Of a stretch of 64,000 bases of DNA, positions 27,363 to 40,505 are shown one piece after another (the first letter of the stretch is position 1; the number at the start of each line of letters is the position of its first letter). The stretch lies in NCBI GenBank assembly GCA_043228905.1, contig JBHGNT010000015.1, positions 7,688,001 to 7,752,000 on the forward strand. Direction: 5' to 3'. Position numbers and translations under genes: made by a program. The notes under the pieces were generated by a model. It did not search any database and was not told the DNA's origin. It saw nothing but the letters and a program-made list of their open reading frames with translations. This stretch comes from Azolla caroliniana. Lineage: Eukaryota; Plantae; Polypodiophyta.

Positions 27363-30300
27363 ATGGATAGAGGCATGGCAAGCTCGCTTCCAATAGAGAA
27401 GCTCGACAGAACCAACTACGCGTCTTGGTCCTACAAGATGCACCAGTACTTGCTCGGGCATGACCACTGGAGTTATGTCGAAGGAGCTAATGACGCGGCA
27501 CCTGAATCGACACACAGAGACTTCCCGTCGTGGGAGCAATCGACGAGCAGGGTATTGTACTGCTTCGCGTCATGTGTGGGCGAACAACTATTGAGCTATG
27601 TTCGGGATGCAAAGACGCCGAAGGGTGCGTGGGAAAATCTAAAGAAGATTTTCGCAACGAGCACCACAGCCAGGAAGCTTAAGCTCCAACAGGAATTGAG
27701 CAACCTACGACAACGCGACTTGTCGGTGGCGGACTATACCTCGAAGATCAAGGATATTTGCGACTCCCTCGCCTCCATAGAGGTGAACATCGAGGAGAGC
27801 GAGATGGTCCAGATCTGTCTCGGAGGATTGGCGTCGATGTTCGGAGCGTTCCGAACGGCTGTGTGTACCCGGGAGAATACGCCGTCCTTTTTCGACTTAC
27901 AGTCGATGCTCCTGGTAGAGGAGAACCACGTGGGTGCGTTGACGAGCACGCACACCGACAACAAGATGTTGTACACGGAGGGAGAAAGGCCCCGTGGTCG
28001 TGGCGGACGAGGCGAGTCGGTACGCAATGGAAGCGGCCGACGAGATCAAGGAAGATGGCACCGAAGTGATGCCGACAGCAACTCCGGACCCTCCGGAAAC
28101 AGGGGGAGTCGAAGCGATGAGAACCGGCAAGGGAAGGCCATCGCCGAGTGCTGGTACTGTGGCAAGAAAGGCCACAGGGAAAGTGAGTGCTGGAAGAAGC
28201 GCGCCGATTCGGGGAGAACCGGTTCCGGAAACATCTCCGAACATACCGACAAGGGAAATCGGCAGCGATCACACTACACCCAAGACTCTGGGAGAGTCGG
28301 AGAAGGGTCTGTCTTCGTGACGAGACACGAAGCAAACTCAATGAAACAGAGCACCCCGAGATCGGACGAGGTGTGGTACGTAGACTCCGACGCGTCAAAC
28401 CACATGACGAGCCATAAGGAGTGGTTCTCGTACCTTGAAAAACCGATACAACCTGGAGTAGTCGCAACTGGAGACGACACTCCGCATCCGATCGCGAATG
28501 TCGGAGAAGTTCCCCTTAGCCATGTCGGGTAGAAAGGGAAACTCATGAACGTGTTGCACGTTCCGACAATCACGAAGAACTTGGTCTCGGTCGGACAGAT
28601 CGTCGACCAAGGGATGGAGGTTCGGTTTACACACCTCGGGTGCTTCATTGAGGAAGAAGGCCGTGTGATTGCGCAAGGGCACAGAGACGGGAGGATGTTC
28701 ATCCTCGACTCCACTGACGGCGGCACCGCAATGTTCGCGAAGGGAAGAAAAACTGAGTCGGACATCGACTTGTGGCATAAGCGGATAGGCCATGTCAACT
28801 ACCAGCGGCTTCAAGATCTGCAATCGAAACAGGTAGTGTTCGGATTGCCCAAATTTAGTGGCAGAAAGGCACAAATTTGTGAAGCCTGCCAGCTCGGGAA
28901 GCAACACCGACTTCCTTTCCCCAACGACCGAAACCAGAGCCGGAACAAGCTCGACCTTATACACTCCGATGTATGGGGGCCGGCACAAAACGTTAGTCTT
29001 GGCGGGAGCCGATATTTCGTCTCCTTCATCGACGACCGCACGCGGCACATGTGGATCTACCTCATTGAGAGGAAGAGCAAAGTCTTCGACTGTTTCCGGG
29101 ACCTCAAAGGGTTCGTGGAAGCCGAAACGGGACGAAAGATCAAGTGCTTGCGGTCGGATGGCGGGAAAGAGTACTTTTCTGGTCACTTCAACGGTTACCT
29201 ACAACAAATGGGAATTCGCCGCGAATTCAGTTGTAGATACACGCCAGAGCAGAACGACGTGGCCAAGAGGAAGAATCGGTCAGTTGTGGAAGTGGCACAG
29301 GCAATGCTGGAGGAGAAGAGCTTGCTCAAGTTCTACTAGGCCGAGGTGGTAAGGACCGCGGTATACATCCAGAACCGGATTGGAGACAAAGTGTCGGCGC
29401 ACGAGCTATATTTCGGAACGAAGCCGAACTTGCGACACTTGAGGGTGTTCGGTAGCATTGCGTATGTGCATATACCAAAGGAGAAAAGGAGGAAGCTGGA
29501 CGCAAAGGCCGAGAAATGCATCTTGGTCGGTTACTCGGACGAGCAGAAGGGTTATAAGTGTTATAACCCTCGCACCAAACAAGCGCGTGTCAGCCGCGAC
29601 GTTGTGTTTGACGAGTCCGCGTCCTGGTACCTGCCCCCGACTACGAACTTCGACTCCAATCCGAGCTCGGACGATGAGGTCAGCGAGGCCGAGATGCCTC
29701 CGGATGAGCCCGAAATCGAGATCCGCGAAGAGAGTCCGATTTCACTCCGGTTAAGTGGACCGATTGGACGACTGAGTCGGTACGACCAGTTCGATGAAGA
29801 GCTGGCGAGTAGTGGAGCTCGACCGTGCATTCCCCGCACAGGAAGCCGAGGAGACAGCTTACGCGCAAAGAGAAAGGGAAGAAGAAGGTGTCGGATTCCG
29901 GCACGGAAAGGAACGAGTCAGACCGACGTGAGTCCGACTCCGAGGGAACCGGTGACGGGTCTTTAAAGATGAAGACCGCGTCGACCGAGAAGGCCTCGAC
30001 ATCGGCTAATGTGAGATTACGCCGATCTACCCGCCAGAAGAATCCTGTTTTGCGGTTCGGATACAACGAGTACATGGCGCATCATTATGCGTACATGACC
30101 CATGTAGCAGAAGTGCGTGAGCCGGAGAGCTACGTAGAAGCGGTGAAGGATGCGAATTGGCGCGCCGCGATGGAGGAAGAGATGCACGCATTGGCGGAGA
30201 ACGAGACCTGGGACCTGGTTGACGCACCGAAGGGTGTGAAGCCGATCAGGTGTAGATGGGTGTACAAAGTCAAGTACAACACCGATGGCTCGGTCAACCG

Positions 30301-32188
30301 GTACAAGGCTCGGCTAGTGGCAAAGGGCTACGCGCAGAAACACGGCATCGACTACGATGAGACGTTTGCGCCGGTCGCGAAAATGACGACCGTCCGTGTT
30401 TTGCTCGCAGTAGCCGCGGCCAAGGGGTGCCACCTACATCAGATGGATGTAAAGAATGCGTTCCTGCAAGGTGACCTTGAGGAACAGGTGTACATGGTAC
30501 AACCCCGTGGATTTCACTCTAGAACGAACTCCTCGGCAATATGCTGACTGAAGAAGTCCCTTTACGGACTGAAGCAAGCCCCGCGTGCCTGGAATGCGAA
30601 GATCACGCAACAACTGCGTCGGATGGGCTTCGTCACGTCAAAATCAGACTCTTCCCTATTCATCTGGAAAGGTCGACTCAGACTGGTTAGTATTCTACTA
30701 TATGTCGATGACTTGGTCATCACCGGCGCTGACCTAGGTGAAATCGACCGTGTGAAGCTCCAGCTTGCGGCATCGTTCGACATGAAGGACCTGGGGGACC
30801 TTCATTACTTCCTCGGGATTGAAGTGATCCGTAACCCCAAAGGCATGTTGATTAGCCAACGTCATTATGTGCTGAGTATGCTCTTCAAATTCGGGATGGC
30901 CGACTTTAAGTCCATCTCGACTCCTCTGGACAGAACCGTCAAGCTTCGTCCCGATATGGGAAAGGTATGCGACCCGACGAGGTTCCGACAAATTGTCGGT
31001 AGCCTCATATACTTGACCATCACCCGACCCGACCTCAGTTATCCGGTCGGAGTGATCAGTCAGTTCATGGCGCGACCTACCGAGCAGCACCTTCAGTGTG
31101 CGCAACGCATACTTCGGTATGTCAACGACACTAAGGACCGGGGACTGCTATATCGGACCGGTGTAGCCGCGCAGTTAGTCGGCTACACCGATGCTAATTG
31201 GGCTGGCAACGCCGCCGATCGCCGATCCACGTCCGGATACGCGTTCTCCCTCGAGAGTGCCGCGATCGCGTGGAGCAGTAAGAAGCAGCCGACAGTTGCA
31301 CTGTCGAGCACCGAAGTTGAGTACCGAGGAGCGGCTGTCGCGACATGCGAAGCCATATGGTTGAAGCGACTACTTAAGGACTTGCAGGTGGAGTTGTCAG
31401 ATCCGACGACGATCTACTGTGACAACCTCAGCAACATCCAGCTCGTGAAGAACCCCGTTTTCCACGCACGGACCAAGCACATTGAGGTGCACTACCATTT
31501 CGTCCGTGAGCGTGTCCTTTCCAGTGAAGTCGAACTTCAGTACGTGCCGACAGATCGGCAGACTACCGACATCTTGACAAAGCCGCTTGGTCTGGACAAG
31601 TTGCGGCAATTCTCAGGTGCGCTCGGGTTGCGTCACCTTGACGTGCCGAACTTGAGGGGGAGAACAGTCCCGAACGACCAAGCAAGGCAGCAGGAAAGGA
31701 GCGGACACCGCGACACTGAGTCAGTTGACAAGTTCGACATCGGATCGGTTGAAGAAGCCAAGGGCGGACCCGCGGAAAAGTTCGGAAGCAGACAGAAGGG
31801 GAGCAACCGAAGGAGAGAGCCGAAGCCAACCACGCATGGGGAAGATGACGCCATCGAAGGCGAGAAGATCGAAGACGAGTTGGAGACAACCAACTCGGAC
31901 AAGAGCGAAAACCGATCGGCGGTAGCCGAGTCGGTTCGGATGTTTGATTCAGACACGTTGAATCAACCGAGGCCCAAGTGGAAGAAAAGGCAGCAGGAGA
32001 AGCGTCAACACCGCAATAGCAGAAGAGCTGATAAGGGCCGCATGAGCAGACAAGCCGACGGGAAGGGTCGAAGCGCGCGGAGTCGAACAGGTCGAGGAGC
32101 GCGAGCGAGGCGTGAAGCCAGGAGGAACTGGAGCTATGTGCCCGAGGATCCCGAAGAGCCTCAAGTTGAGCTTGAGGGGGAGTGTTGA
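27363..32188 (+). pseudogene. Copia-C gag-pol with C-terminal extension, disrupted
   Basis: Collinear with Copia-A; stops at 28530, 29337 and 30545; frameshift ~29820. Confidence 0.92.
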
Positions 32189-33586
32189 GAGACAAGCTCA
32201 ACATCGGCTGGATCGGCTGAAGAAGCCGAGGACCGGATCGGTTAGGCCGAGTGCGTAAACCGGGAGGTTGTTAGGAAAGATATTCCGTGAGGAATATATT
32301 TGGGAGTTAGTGGAGGAGCTCTCAATGAGCATTGAAGTATTGTCAGTACTTCGGTCAGTCCTTCTAGGACTTGTATAAAAGTGTTCTCTGAGCACGTCTT
32401 ATGTACAAACTGAGTATTATTGTTGAATATAGTTTTTGTGTCTTCTCTCTCACTCTCTCTGTCTCTCCCGCGTATATCGTGTAAGCTCAAGCTCTCCATT
32501 AAACCCGAGTTTCCTTCCTTCTGTTCGGTCTTAATACCTGCTTCCGCACGCTACTTTTTACAACTATGTTACAGTGTACAACAGTAAAGCACCGAGGCAA
32601 CAACGAGCTTTCTATCTTCGCCACAGGCGGCGGTTACAACAGAGATACGAACTCTTCGTCTCTTTCTCTCTCTCTCTCTCTCTCTCTGTGCACGGCTGCG
32701 CTATAATCTTGCCACAACAAGAATGACAACAACAACTCTGATCTCTGTTTGCCCTAAGTCATATTTATACCAATACGACTTTTCGGCTATTTACAAATAT
32801 AGGCCCGATGGACTCTCAGAAACATATTTACAAATATGTCCCTTCATCCGGTGAGCACTTCTCACCGGGCCTTCATCATCCGGCTCTTGCCGGGTACTCC
32901 TCATCTGGTTCTCACAGGCTCTCCGTAGCCGGGTAACTCCTCATCCGGTTTCGGCCTTGGCCTATCGGCCTCGGCCAAGTTTGTTCATCAGTACTGATCT
33001 TCTCATTTCCCATCCGAAGGGACTTGTTTCCTAACAACCACCAACAAAGGAAGAGATTCCGGTACAAACGTTGCTAGTCACATTACAACTAGCCAATGAA
33101 GAGGATATGCCGTATCCCTACCCGAAGTATAATGACGAGTCGGACGTGGAGGCACACGTCCGAGCATTTTTTACCACATGGCAAATAAACCATGTGGCCC
33201 AGGTATTGGCACAAGCCGTTGCGGATGCATCAAAGATAGCAGAATTTGGGTTGTCCCTAGAAGGGCAAGGAGCAAGCTGGTAACCCGAGCATAGTCCGGA
33301 GGACTTTGCAACATTCATGCAACTAAGAGACAAGTTCCTCCATGTTGAGAAATGGATCATTGATCCACAGGAGGAATACACTGAAGATATACAACCCAAA
33401 ACACACACAAAACAGTGCACTCAGTTTTTTACATGGAAACCCTAAAATGAGAGAAAAACCATGGGAGAACAAAGCTTCACTATAAAGTGGATATACAAAG
33501 GAGAAGATTACAACACTCTCTATTGTGGAGCGTATTAGCCTCACAGGGCTCTTGGCATTTGCTGTTACGAACACAACTATGGCGTC

Positions 33587-33595
33587 ACTCTCTCT

Positions 33596-33641
<46 letters not shown>
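33587..33641. repeat. (CT)n microsatellite inside the Copia-D LTR
   Basis: Direct reading. Confidence 0.9.
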
Positions 33642-33644
<3 letters not shown>

Positions 33645-35932
33645 GGAGGCTAACACCTTATTCTGTTCAACTCACACATCTACCTAATTTTTATACTTAT
33701 ACACTATATGGGCTATTTACAAATGTAGCCACTACTACTGTCATTCCTATTATAACAATAATAGTTATTCAACTGATTGATTGACTAGTTGATTCCAGTG
33801 TCGATTGTCAAATCAACTCGACTAATCGGACTTGTCGTCGACCCTTCGGTTGGCTCGAATAGTCGGTGTTGTCTTCGACTTGGATCATTTGCTATGTTGA
33901 CTCTCTCTTAGTCGACTCACCCAATTGACTCTCCATGACTTCGGCTATCGACACTCGGCTCGACAAGTCGGCTGCACCCATAGGAGGGACATATTCCTAA
34001 CAAACTCCCCCTTCACTCTTTTGGGTGGAGTTTGATAGTCCTGTCCTTTGTTGACAGACTTTGAGTCTGTCCATTGGTAGGTTCTTTGTCAACATGTCAA
34101 ATCCATTGTCGTTGGTCTGGATTTTTACAAGTGTAAACTCTCCTTCCTCCAGTTTCTCCCGTAACCAATGATATCTCCTCTGTATATGTTTGGTTCCGGG
34201 GTGGTACGCAACATTCTTGGCTAGATGTAAGGTGCTCTGATTATCACAGTGGAGCAAGAACTCTTCTTGCTTCATTCCGAGTTCACTGAGGAAACTCTTC
34301 ATCCAAATCAGCTCTTTGTCGGCCTCTACGACTGCCATGTATTCTGCCTTTGTGGTCGACAAAGCTATCGACTTCTATAGCCTCGACTGCCATGACACTG
34401 CTCCCCCTGCATAGGTCATCACGTGCCTAGACGTGGATCGACTCGAGTCTGCATCCCCTTGTTGTCCGCCTGATGCGGACTAGTGGGAAAAAGAGTGAAG
34501 AAAAGAACAAGAAGCGTATTATTGTAGTTGGAGCGTTAAAAGAACGCATGTAATGGATCACGTAGGAAGTGTAACCGATTATGCCATGTGTATATAAAGG
34601 GCATATGAACATTGTACAAGCTAGCGTAGTTTTGGAGCATACGTTCTCAAATATAGTACTGTCTTCTCTGATCTCTATCTTGAGTCTCCCTTGTCTCTGT
34701 CTTTGTGTTGATACATAGCGTATTTGTCTGAAGGTTAGTAGCATGTCTGTGTTCATCTATGCACGGTAGGAAGGAGCTCGGTTGTAGCCGTCTCCAGTTC
34801 ACAATCAACCTTCACGTACAGTGAGTGACACTCTATCATTATAATATGTTGTAGCTACGCATAGTACACGAATCCATTCTCTGTACCACGATCTCTTTGA
34901 ACCTACCCTGAAGGACTGAGGGTAGGCCGTGTTCCTAACTGGTAACACTTTTGGCACGCCTGGTGATCTGTGAATCCTCACAACCGAGCAATAGGGAATG
35001 GATGTTTCGCCGCCGACGCAACCAAGAACCCACTCGACAAGAAGAACGCGCTACGCGAAGACCACGCCTCGGCGATTGTGTTCCCTCTATCTCGGAGTAT
35101 ATGCTCGGATCGACGCTTACTGCAAACAGCGTCGCTGGGCAAGAGGTCTCAGCTCCACCAAAGCAATATAGTGAAACTGCCACTTCTCAAACAACCCCAC
35201 ATCGGGCTGGCGGTACCCCCTCAAACGCTAGTCTATTGACAGGAATGGCTTTCTCATACCCATGTTTCAGCGAATATACTAATGTCGAGGGACACGTTCG
35301 ATCATTCCTCAACGTGTGGAATGCGAATCATTTGTCGCAGCGGCTTCCAGAAGTGGAAGCACACGCATAAAAAATCGTCAAGTTCGGCCTAACCCTGAAT
35401 AAGCGAGCTGCCCGTTGGCATTCCCAACTCGACATCACGGCGTTCGTAACCTTCGACCACCTTCAATCCTCATTCTTACGATTCTTTCATCGAAGTATTC
35501 CCCAAGGAGAGATCATCGATTAGTTTTATACGATCAAACAGCTACCACAAGAGTTCGTGGCTGACTTTATCTTGTGATTCCAGACTTTACGTCAGCAGTT
35601 GACACGCGCTCTGATGGAGGATGAGGCTAAAGAAACATTTTTGGGAGCATTACGTCGACCCCTCTGAACAATGTTAAATACGCAAAATCTCACGAGCCAA
35701 ACGGTGGATACAATCATAGAACGGGCATTGCAGCTTGAGCTAGTAGAGGAGGACGATGGACTGGCTATGGCATCACTAAGACACACACTACCTAGGGATG
35801 AGGACTACCGTTTTCTCCAAGCCATTCAATGCACGATTTGCTTGAACTCAGGGCACTCCGCGGTAGAGTGTAATATGCGGATACACTACCCCATCTGTCA
35901 TTCGCGAGCGCATACGATGCACTAGTGCGAAT

Positions 35933-36774
35933 CAAGGTTGTTAGGTACGTTAGGTTGTTACAGTACAGATACCATACGTATTTAACGTATTAATACCCGT
36001 ATAGTACCTCCCAATTTAAAAATACGTTTTCTTAATATGTTAAATACTTATAAAATACATCAAATACGTAAAATACGTATTTTACGTATAGTATGTTAAA
36101 TACTTCTAGAATTTGAAAGTTATTTACCTTTCTAAAAAATATCTATAATATTGTAAAAACATCTATGTTTACACAATTTTGTGATGTACAATATAGTTCT
36201 ACATCCTAAAATGCATATAAGACATTTGAACATTTCACATCCTAAAATACTTGTAGTAATCTGGATGTCGACATTCCCTTATTCTATAAATCAGTGTAAG
36301 TGTGTATCACGATGTTCTACTTCAAATTGTAATTATTTACAATTATGCATTCATAGATTGATGAATCATCTACGATTATCACGCTCATGATAGGTTTCTC
36401 TTTTCTTTTTCTTCTTCTTCTATCTTCTGCCATTATCACACTCAAGACAGGTTTATGTCTTCTTTTCTCTCTTCTTCTTCTTCTTCTTCTTCTTCTTCAT
36501 CTTCTTCATTGTCATCTCTTCTATTCTTCTTTCTTCCTTCCTTTGGCTTCTTTTTCACTAAAATCTTTTTTTTCTTTTGCTTTTTGTTAGGGTTTCACTT
36601 ACATTTTCTTTATAAATACGTATTATACTTGTTTTTTTATAAATACGTTAAATACCGTATTGGACAAACGTACATGATATTTGACTAAACAACATTGAGG
36701 TATAGTACGTACTATACAAATGATGAGGTACTATACGTATTTAAACGTTAAATACGGGTACGTAAACAACCATG
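35933..36774. mobile_element. hAT-type MITE / non-autonomous DNA transposon (842 bp)
   Basis: TIR CAAGGTTGTT / AACAACCATG; 8-bp TSD GTGCGAAT at 35925-35932 and 36775-36782; subterminal TACGT repeats; removing it restores the gag CEYNMLN motif. Confidence 0.9.
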
Positions 36775-38911
36775 GTGCGAATATAACATGTTGAATAAAC
36801 CCACACCAACAGTTCGTCATATGGAGCCTCAAAGACAGTCCTACCACAATGACCAAGACCAATAGAAGGAGCGATACCGTCACACAGAGCGGAGTCAACG
36901 TGCGAACAGGCCGTACTGTCACCGTCGCAATAATGACCCTTATTCCGATGAAGAGGAGCAGGAAGAAGAGGAGTATCAGAGCAACGATCGCTATAATCCG
37001 CGGGGAGGGCGCCACTATGATAACCGGCGTCCCACCAATAATCGCGACAGATAGGCGGGGCCACGAACGTATGGAGGGAATCACCAATCACGGAACCAAC
37101 GCAATAACGAGGAAAGCTTGGAGGATGAGCAGCACTAGGATAACCATCGGGAGTATCCCAGAATCCTCACAACAACAGGCAGTTTCAACGAACGAGGGAA
37201 GAACAGACGACACCTTTGGAGACCACCACAACCCCGATTGTGGAAAAAGGTGAGTCCAGTGTGCACTGTTTTATTTGCCAAGAACAAGGTCATTACCCGA
37301 CTCAATGCCCAAGACACGATAAAGGGAAAAGGCCAACATTGAATACGATTACGACAGACGTCCAATAGTTTACAACTTGCAGTAAGGCGAAAAACACGGA
37401 GTGGGCAGAACAAGATGAAATACGCAAAACCACACAGGCCTGGGTGGAGAAAGCAAATGCAGCTAATGGGGAACACATGTAGTAAGAGTCTGCAAACACC
37501 ACGACGCAAATGGAAGGCACGAGATTAACGCCAAATCTGATATGGCAAGCACTAGCAGACTGCGAAATTACACTGACCATGGACAAGCTATTACGGCTTG
37601 TTCCGCGATTCCGACAGAACGTGGAAAATCGCATATGGGACACCGCTAGATTGGAGATTTCGGCTAATTACATTGAGTCGAGCTTAGGACCAGTAGTGGT
37701 AGATCACCACAACCCAACCATCATGGTGGTACTGCAAGGGCACGAAATCATGGGATGCATCGTCGACGACGGATCCGGGGTAAATGTGATCAGTAAAACC
37801 ACATGTATCCGCCTCGACATTACAGACTGGGAGGCATGCCCATTCTGGCTCCGGATGGTAGACACCCATCCCGTCAGACCACTAGGGTTGATTCGAAAAC
37901 TAAGGATTGTAGTTGGCAGGCATAGGTTTGAGATTTCTGCAGTAGTGTTGTCTTTGGACGCCCTAGGGGTGTATCCGATCTTGTTAGGAAGACCATGGCT
38001 ACAGTTTACTAATATCAAGCAAAATTGGCAGCACAACTGCATAAGTTTCTGATGAGGCCGAAACAAAGTTCGCATACCTACGCAGGAGACATTTGCACCT
38101 ACGAAAGCCATAACACCACTTTACGCAGAAGAAATTAACATGCTAGAAGGGTTGGAGGATAGGGAGCTCGAAGCGTACCTCGACGAAAATCTGCGAATAA
38201 TACCGTTGTTCGAAATAGACGTCCTCGAAACCATGAGTGAGTACGGCCCAATGAGTGCGCTGAAAGAGGATGAGTACAAACCGTATCTTGAATCCATGTT
38301 GGAGCTAAGTAGAGAACGCAAGGCATTCGAGAGGGAGATGAAAATCTCGCAAAGGGTCACAACGTCGGTTTTGGAGGATATTAATGTAGGGTCCATTGAA
38401 GCCCCGAGGCTACTATCAATCTCAAAAGACCTGATGCCAAGTGAAAAAACGGCAATGACCGAGCTGCTACAGGAATTTAAAGATGTCTTCGCATGGTCGC
38501 ATGAAGACATGAAAGGGCTAGACCCAAAATTCTATCAGCACAAAATTAACTTGGCCACGGATGCGAAACCCCTTCAGCAAAGACATTATCACATGAACCC
38601 AAATTACGTGGCATGCGTAAAAGAGGAAATTGACAAGCTCTTAAAAGCTGGGTTCATTCAGCCGGTTAAACAAGCAACATGGCTTAGCTCAGTCATGGTC
38701 GTACCAAAGAAAAACCGTAAAATACGGATATGCATCAATTATCGTAAGTTGAATGCAGTCACCATCACTGCCGCATTTCCCTTGCCGTTTACGGATAACG
38801 TACTAGACGCAGTTGCAGGCCATGACATGTATAGTTTTTTGGATGGATTTAGTGGGTATAACCAAGTACACATGCACCCGGAGGACCAGGAGAAAACTGC
38901 TTTCGTAACGG

Positions 38912-40505
38912 TGTCGTGAAAATCCGTCACTATGTGTGGATCGTGAGGTGGAACCGCCGGGGTTATGGATGGGAAGGAAATAGGGCTCACACCCACAACA
39001 CAAGGAAGGCTTACACAAACAAGGCACGAGTATTCGAATGTGTTTGTGAAAAGGAGAGGTGCATGGGCAAGCCCGAATCAACCCCTAGTCACAAGGCGAA
39101 CGAATGCATGTGAGGAAGGCTCACACACGGACACACAAGGAAAAGGCTTACTTACACACACGAGAGACATAGTTTTGAATGCCTTTGTGAAAAGAGAGGT
39201 GCATGGGCAAGGCCGAACACTCCCTTGCCACAAGTCGTACGAACACACAAGCAAGGTTTACACACGGAAGACACAATTTCGAACACCTTTGTGAAAGGAG
39301 AGGTGCATGGGCTAGCCCGAACGCTCCCTTGCCACAAGTTGCACGAACACACAAGTAAGGGAGACACAATTTTGAATACCTTTGTGAAAGGAGAGGTGCA
39401 TGGGCAAGCCCGAACGCTCCCTTGCCACAAGTCGCACGAACACACAAGTAAGATTTACACTAACACGCAAGACACGATTTCGAACGCCTTTGTGAAAGGA
39501 GAGGTGCATGGGCAAGCCTGAACGCTCCCTTGCCACAAGTCGCACGAACACACAAGCAAGATTTACACTAACACGCAAGACACAAAAGTTTGAATGCCTT
39601 TGTGAAAGGAGAGGTGCATGGGCAAGCCCGAAACGCTCCCTTGCCACAAGACACACAAACAAATAAGCACAAACGATGATAACATATAAGACACGTAGGT
39701 TTGAATGCCTTTGTGAAAGGAGAGGTGCATGGGCAAGCCCGAAACGCTCCCTTGTCACAAGACACACAAACAAATAAGCACAAATGACGATAACAAATAA
39801 GCACAATCAAGATTTACACATAAGACAAGTAGATGAAAGAAAACATTAGTTTATATCAATATAATAGATTCTTTTATAATATAAGAATCATGTTACAATG
39901 GGTTGGATGCAAATATGAAGGATTGTTTATAAAAGAATGGGGGAAGAGAGTTGGAGGAAAGAAGAGAGTGGAGTATTAGAAGGAGTTTCTTTGTTGATGA
40001 TGCCTCTCAATGTTGTTGATCCTTCTTCTTCCGGTTTCCAATTGAGTAGATCTTCCACGTTCCTTCTCCCTCACCCCCCTTCTTCACTAGAATAGGCTCT
40101 TATTTATAGGTTTAGGATTGCTTGCCTTTTTCCCCTAAAAAAAAGCTTGTCTATATGAGTCGACTTTTCTTTTCCTCACTATTTCTGTTTTCTAGCGTCA
40201 AATTTTACATGCAAGGTATTCTTGGAAAGCTCTTCAGGTTAGCTTTCTTATGCATTTTTGTTTTTCTAATTGGGACATTTGATGAGAAAATTATGAGCTT
40301 TTTACTCGACCTTGCCCTTCATATCCACGACTAGTTTTTCTTTTCCCATCTTTTTCTCTATTTTTGTCTACTTTTGAAAACCTCTTCTAACTTTTTATCC
40401 TTTCATTTATTACTATAGTTGACTTAAGAAAATTAGTTTATTTGGACCACTATTTTATTCTCTTTTGAGGGTGGTTTCACACTATGTGTCAAAAACATCA
40501 CGACA
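38912..40505 (-). mobile_element. Solo LTR (1594 bp) inserted in Gypsy-B RT
   Basis: Perfect 8-bp terminal inverted repeat TGTCGTGA...TCACGACA; 4-bp TSD ACGG/ATGG; removal restores FVTEWGVF; minus-strand CCTATAAATA at ~40101-40110. Confidence 0.85.
39040..39780. repeat. Seven-copy tandem repeat (93-141-bp period) with a conserved self-complementary core
   Basis: Core TTTGTGAAAGGAGAGGTGCATGGGCAAGCCCGAACGCTCCCTTGCCACAAG at ~39043, 39184, 39288, 39381, 39489, 39599, 39710. Confidence 0.92.

Larger units (their letters stand above)
21494..32562 (+). mobile_element. Copia-C: full-length Copia (same lineage as Copia-A); 5' LTR interrupted by Copia-B
   Basis: 5' LTR 21494-21537 + 26941-27290; 3' LTR 32183-32562; PBS at 27291; PPT 32171-32182; TSD ACTAT. 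Confidence 0.96.
21313..33036 (-). mobile_element. Solo LTR of the Copia-B family (~650 bp: 21313-21493 + 32568-33036), interrupted by Copia-C
   Basis: Similar to Copia-B LTRs; TG...CA ends; TSD ACCAC at 21308-21312 and 33037-33041. Confidence 0.9.
20392..33342 (+). mobile_element. Gypsy-A: 5' LTR + gag start, interrupted at 21313 and again at 33343
   Basis: LTR ~20392-20823 shares CACCGTTTTGTA...CCTAT.TAA with the Gypsy-D LTR; decayed PBS TGGTGACCATGA; gag resumes at 33042 with DMPYPYPKYNDESDVEAHVRAF, homologous to Gypsy-D DMPFQYSKYRDDPDAEAHVHAF. Confidence 0.8.

Noticed and set aside
39040-39780. CRISPR-like repeat-spacer array
   Set aside because: Linkers are homologous to each other and vary widely in length, there are no cas genes, and the array lies inside a plant solo LTR
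39040-39780. Hammerhead ribozyme (retrozyme) array
   Set aside because: No CUGANGA...GAAA core found on either strand by eye
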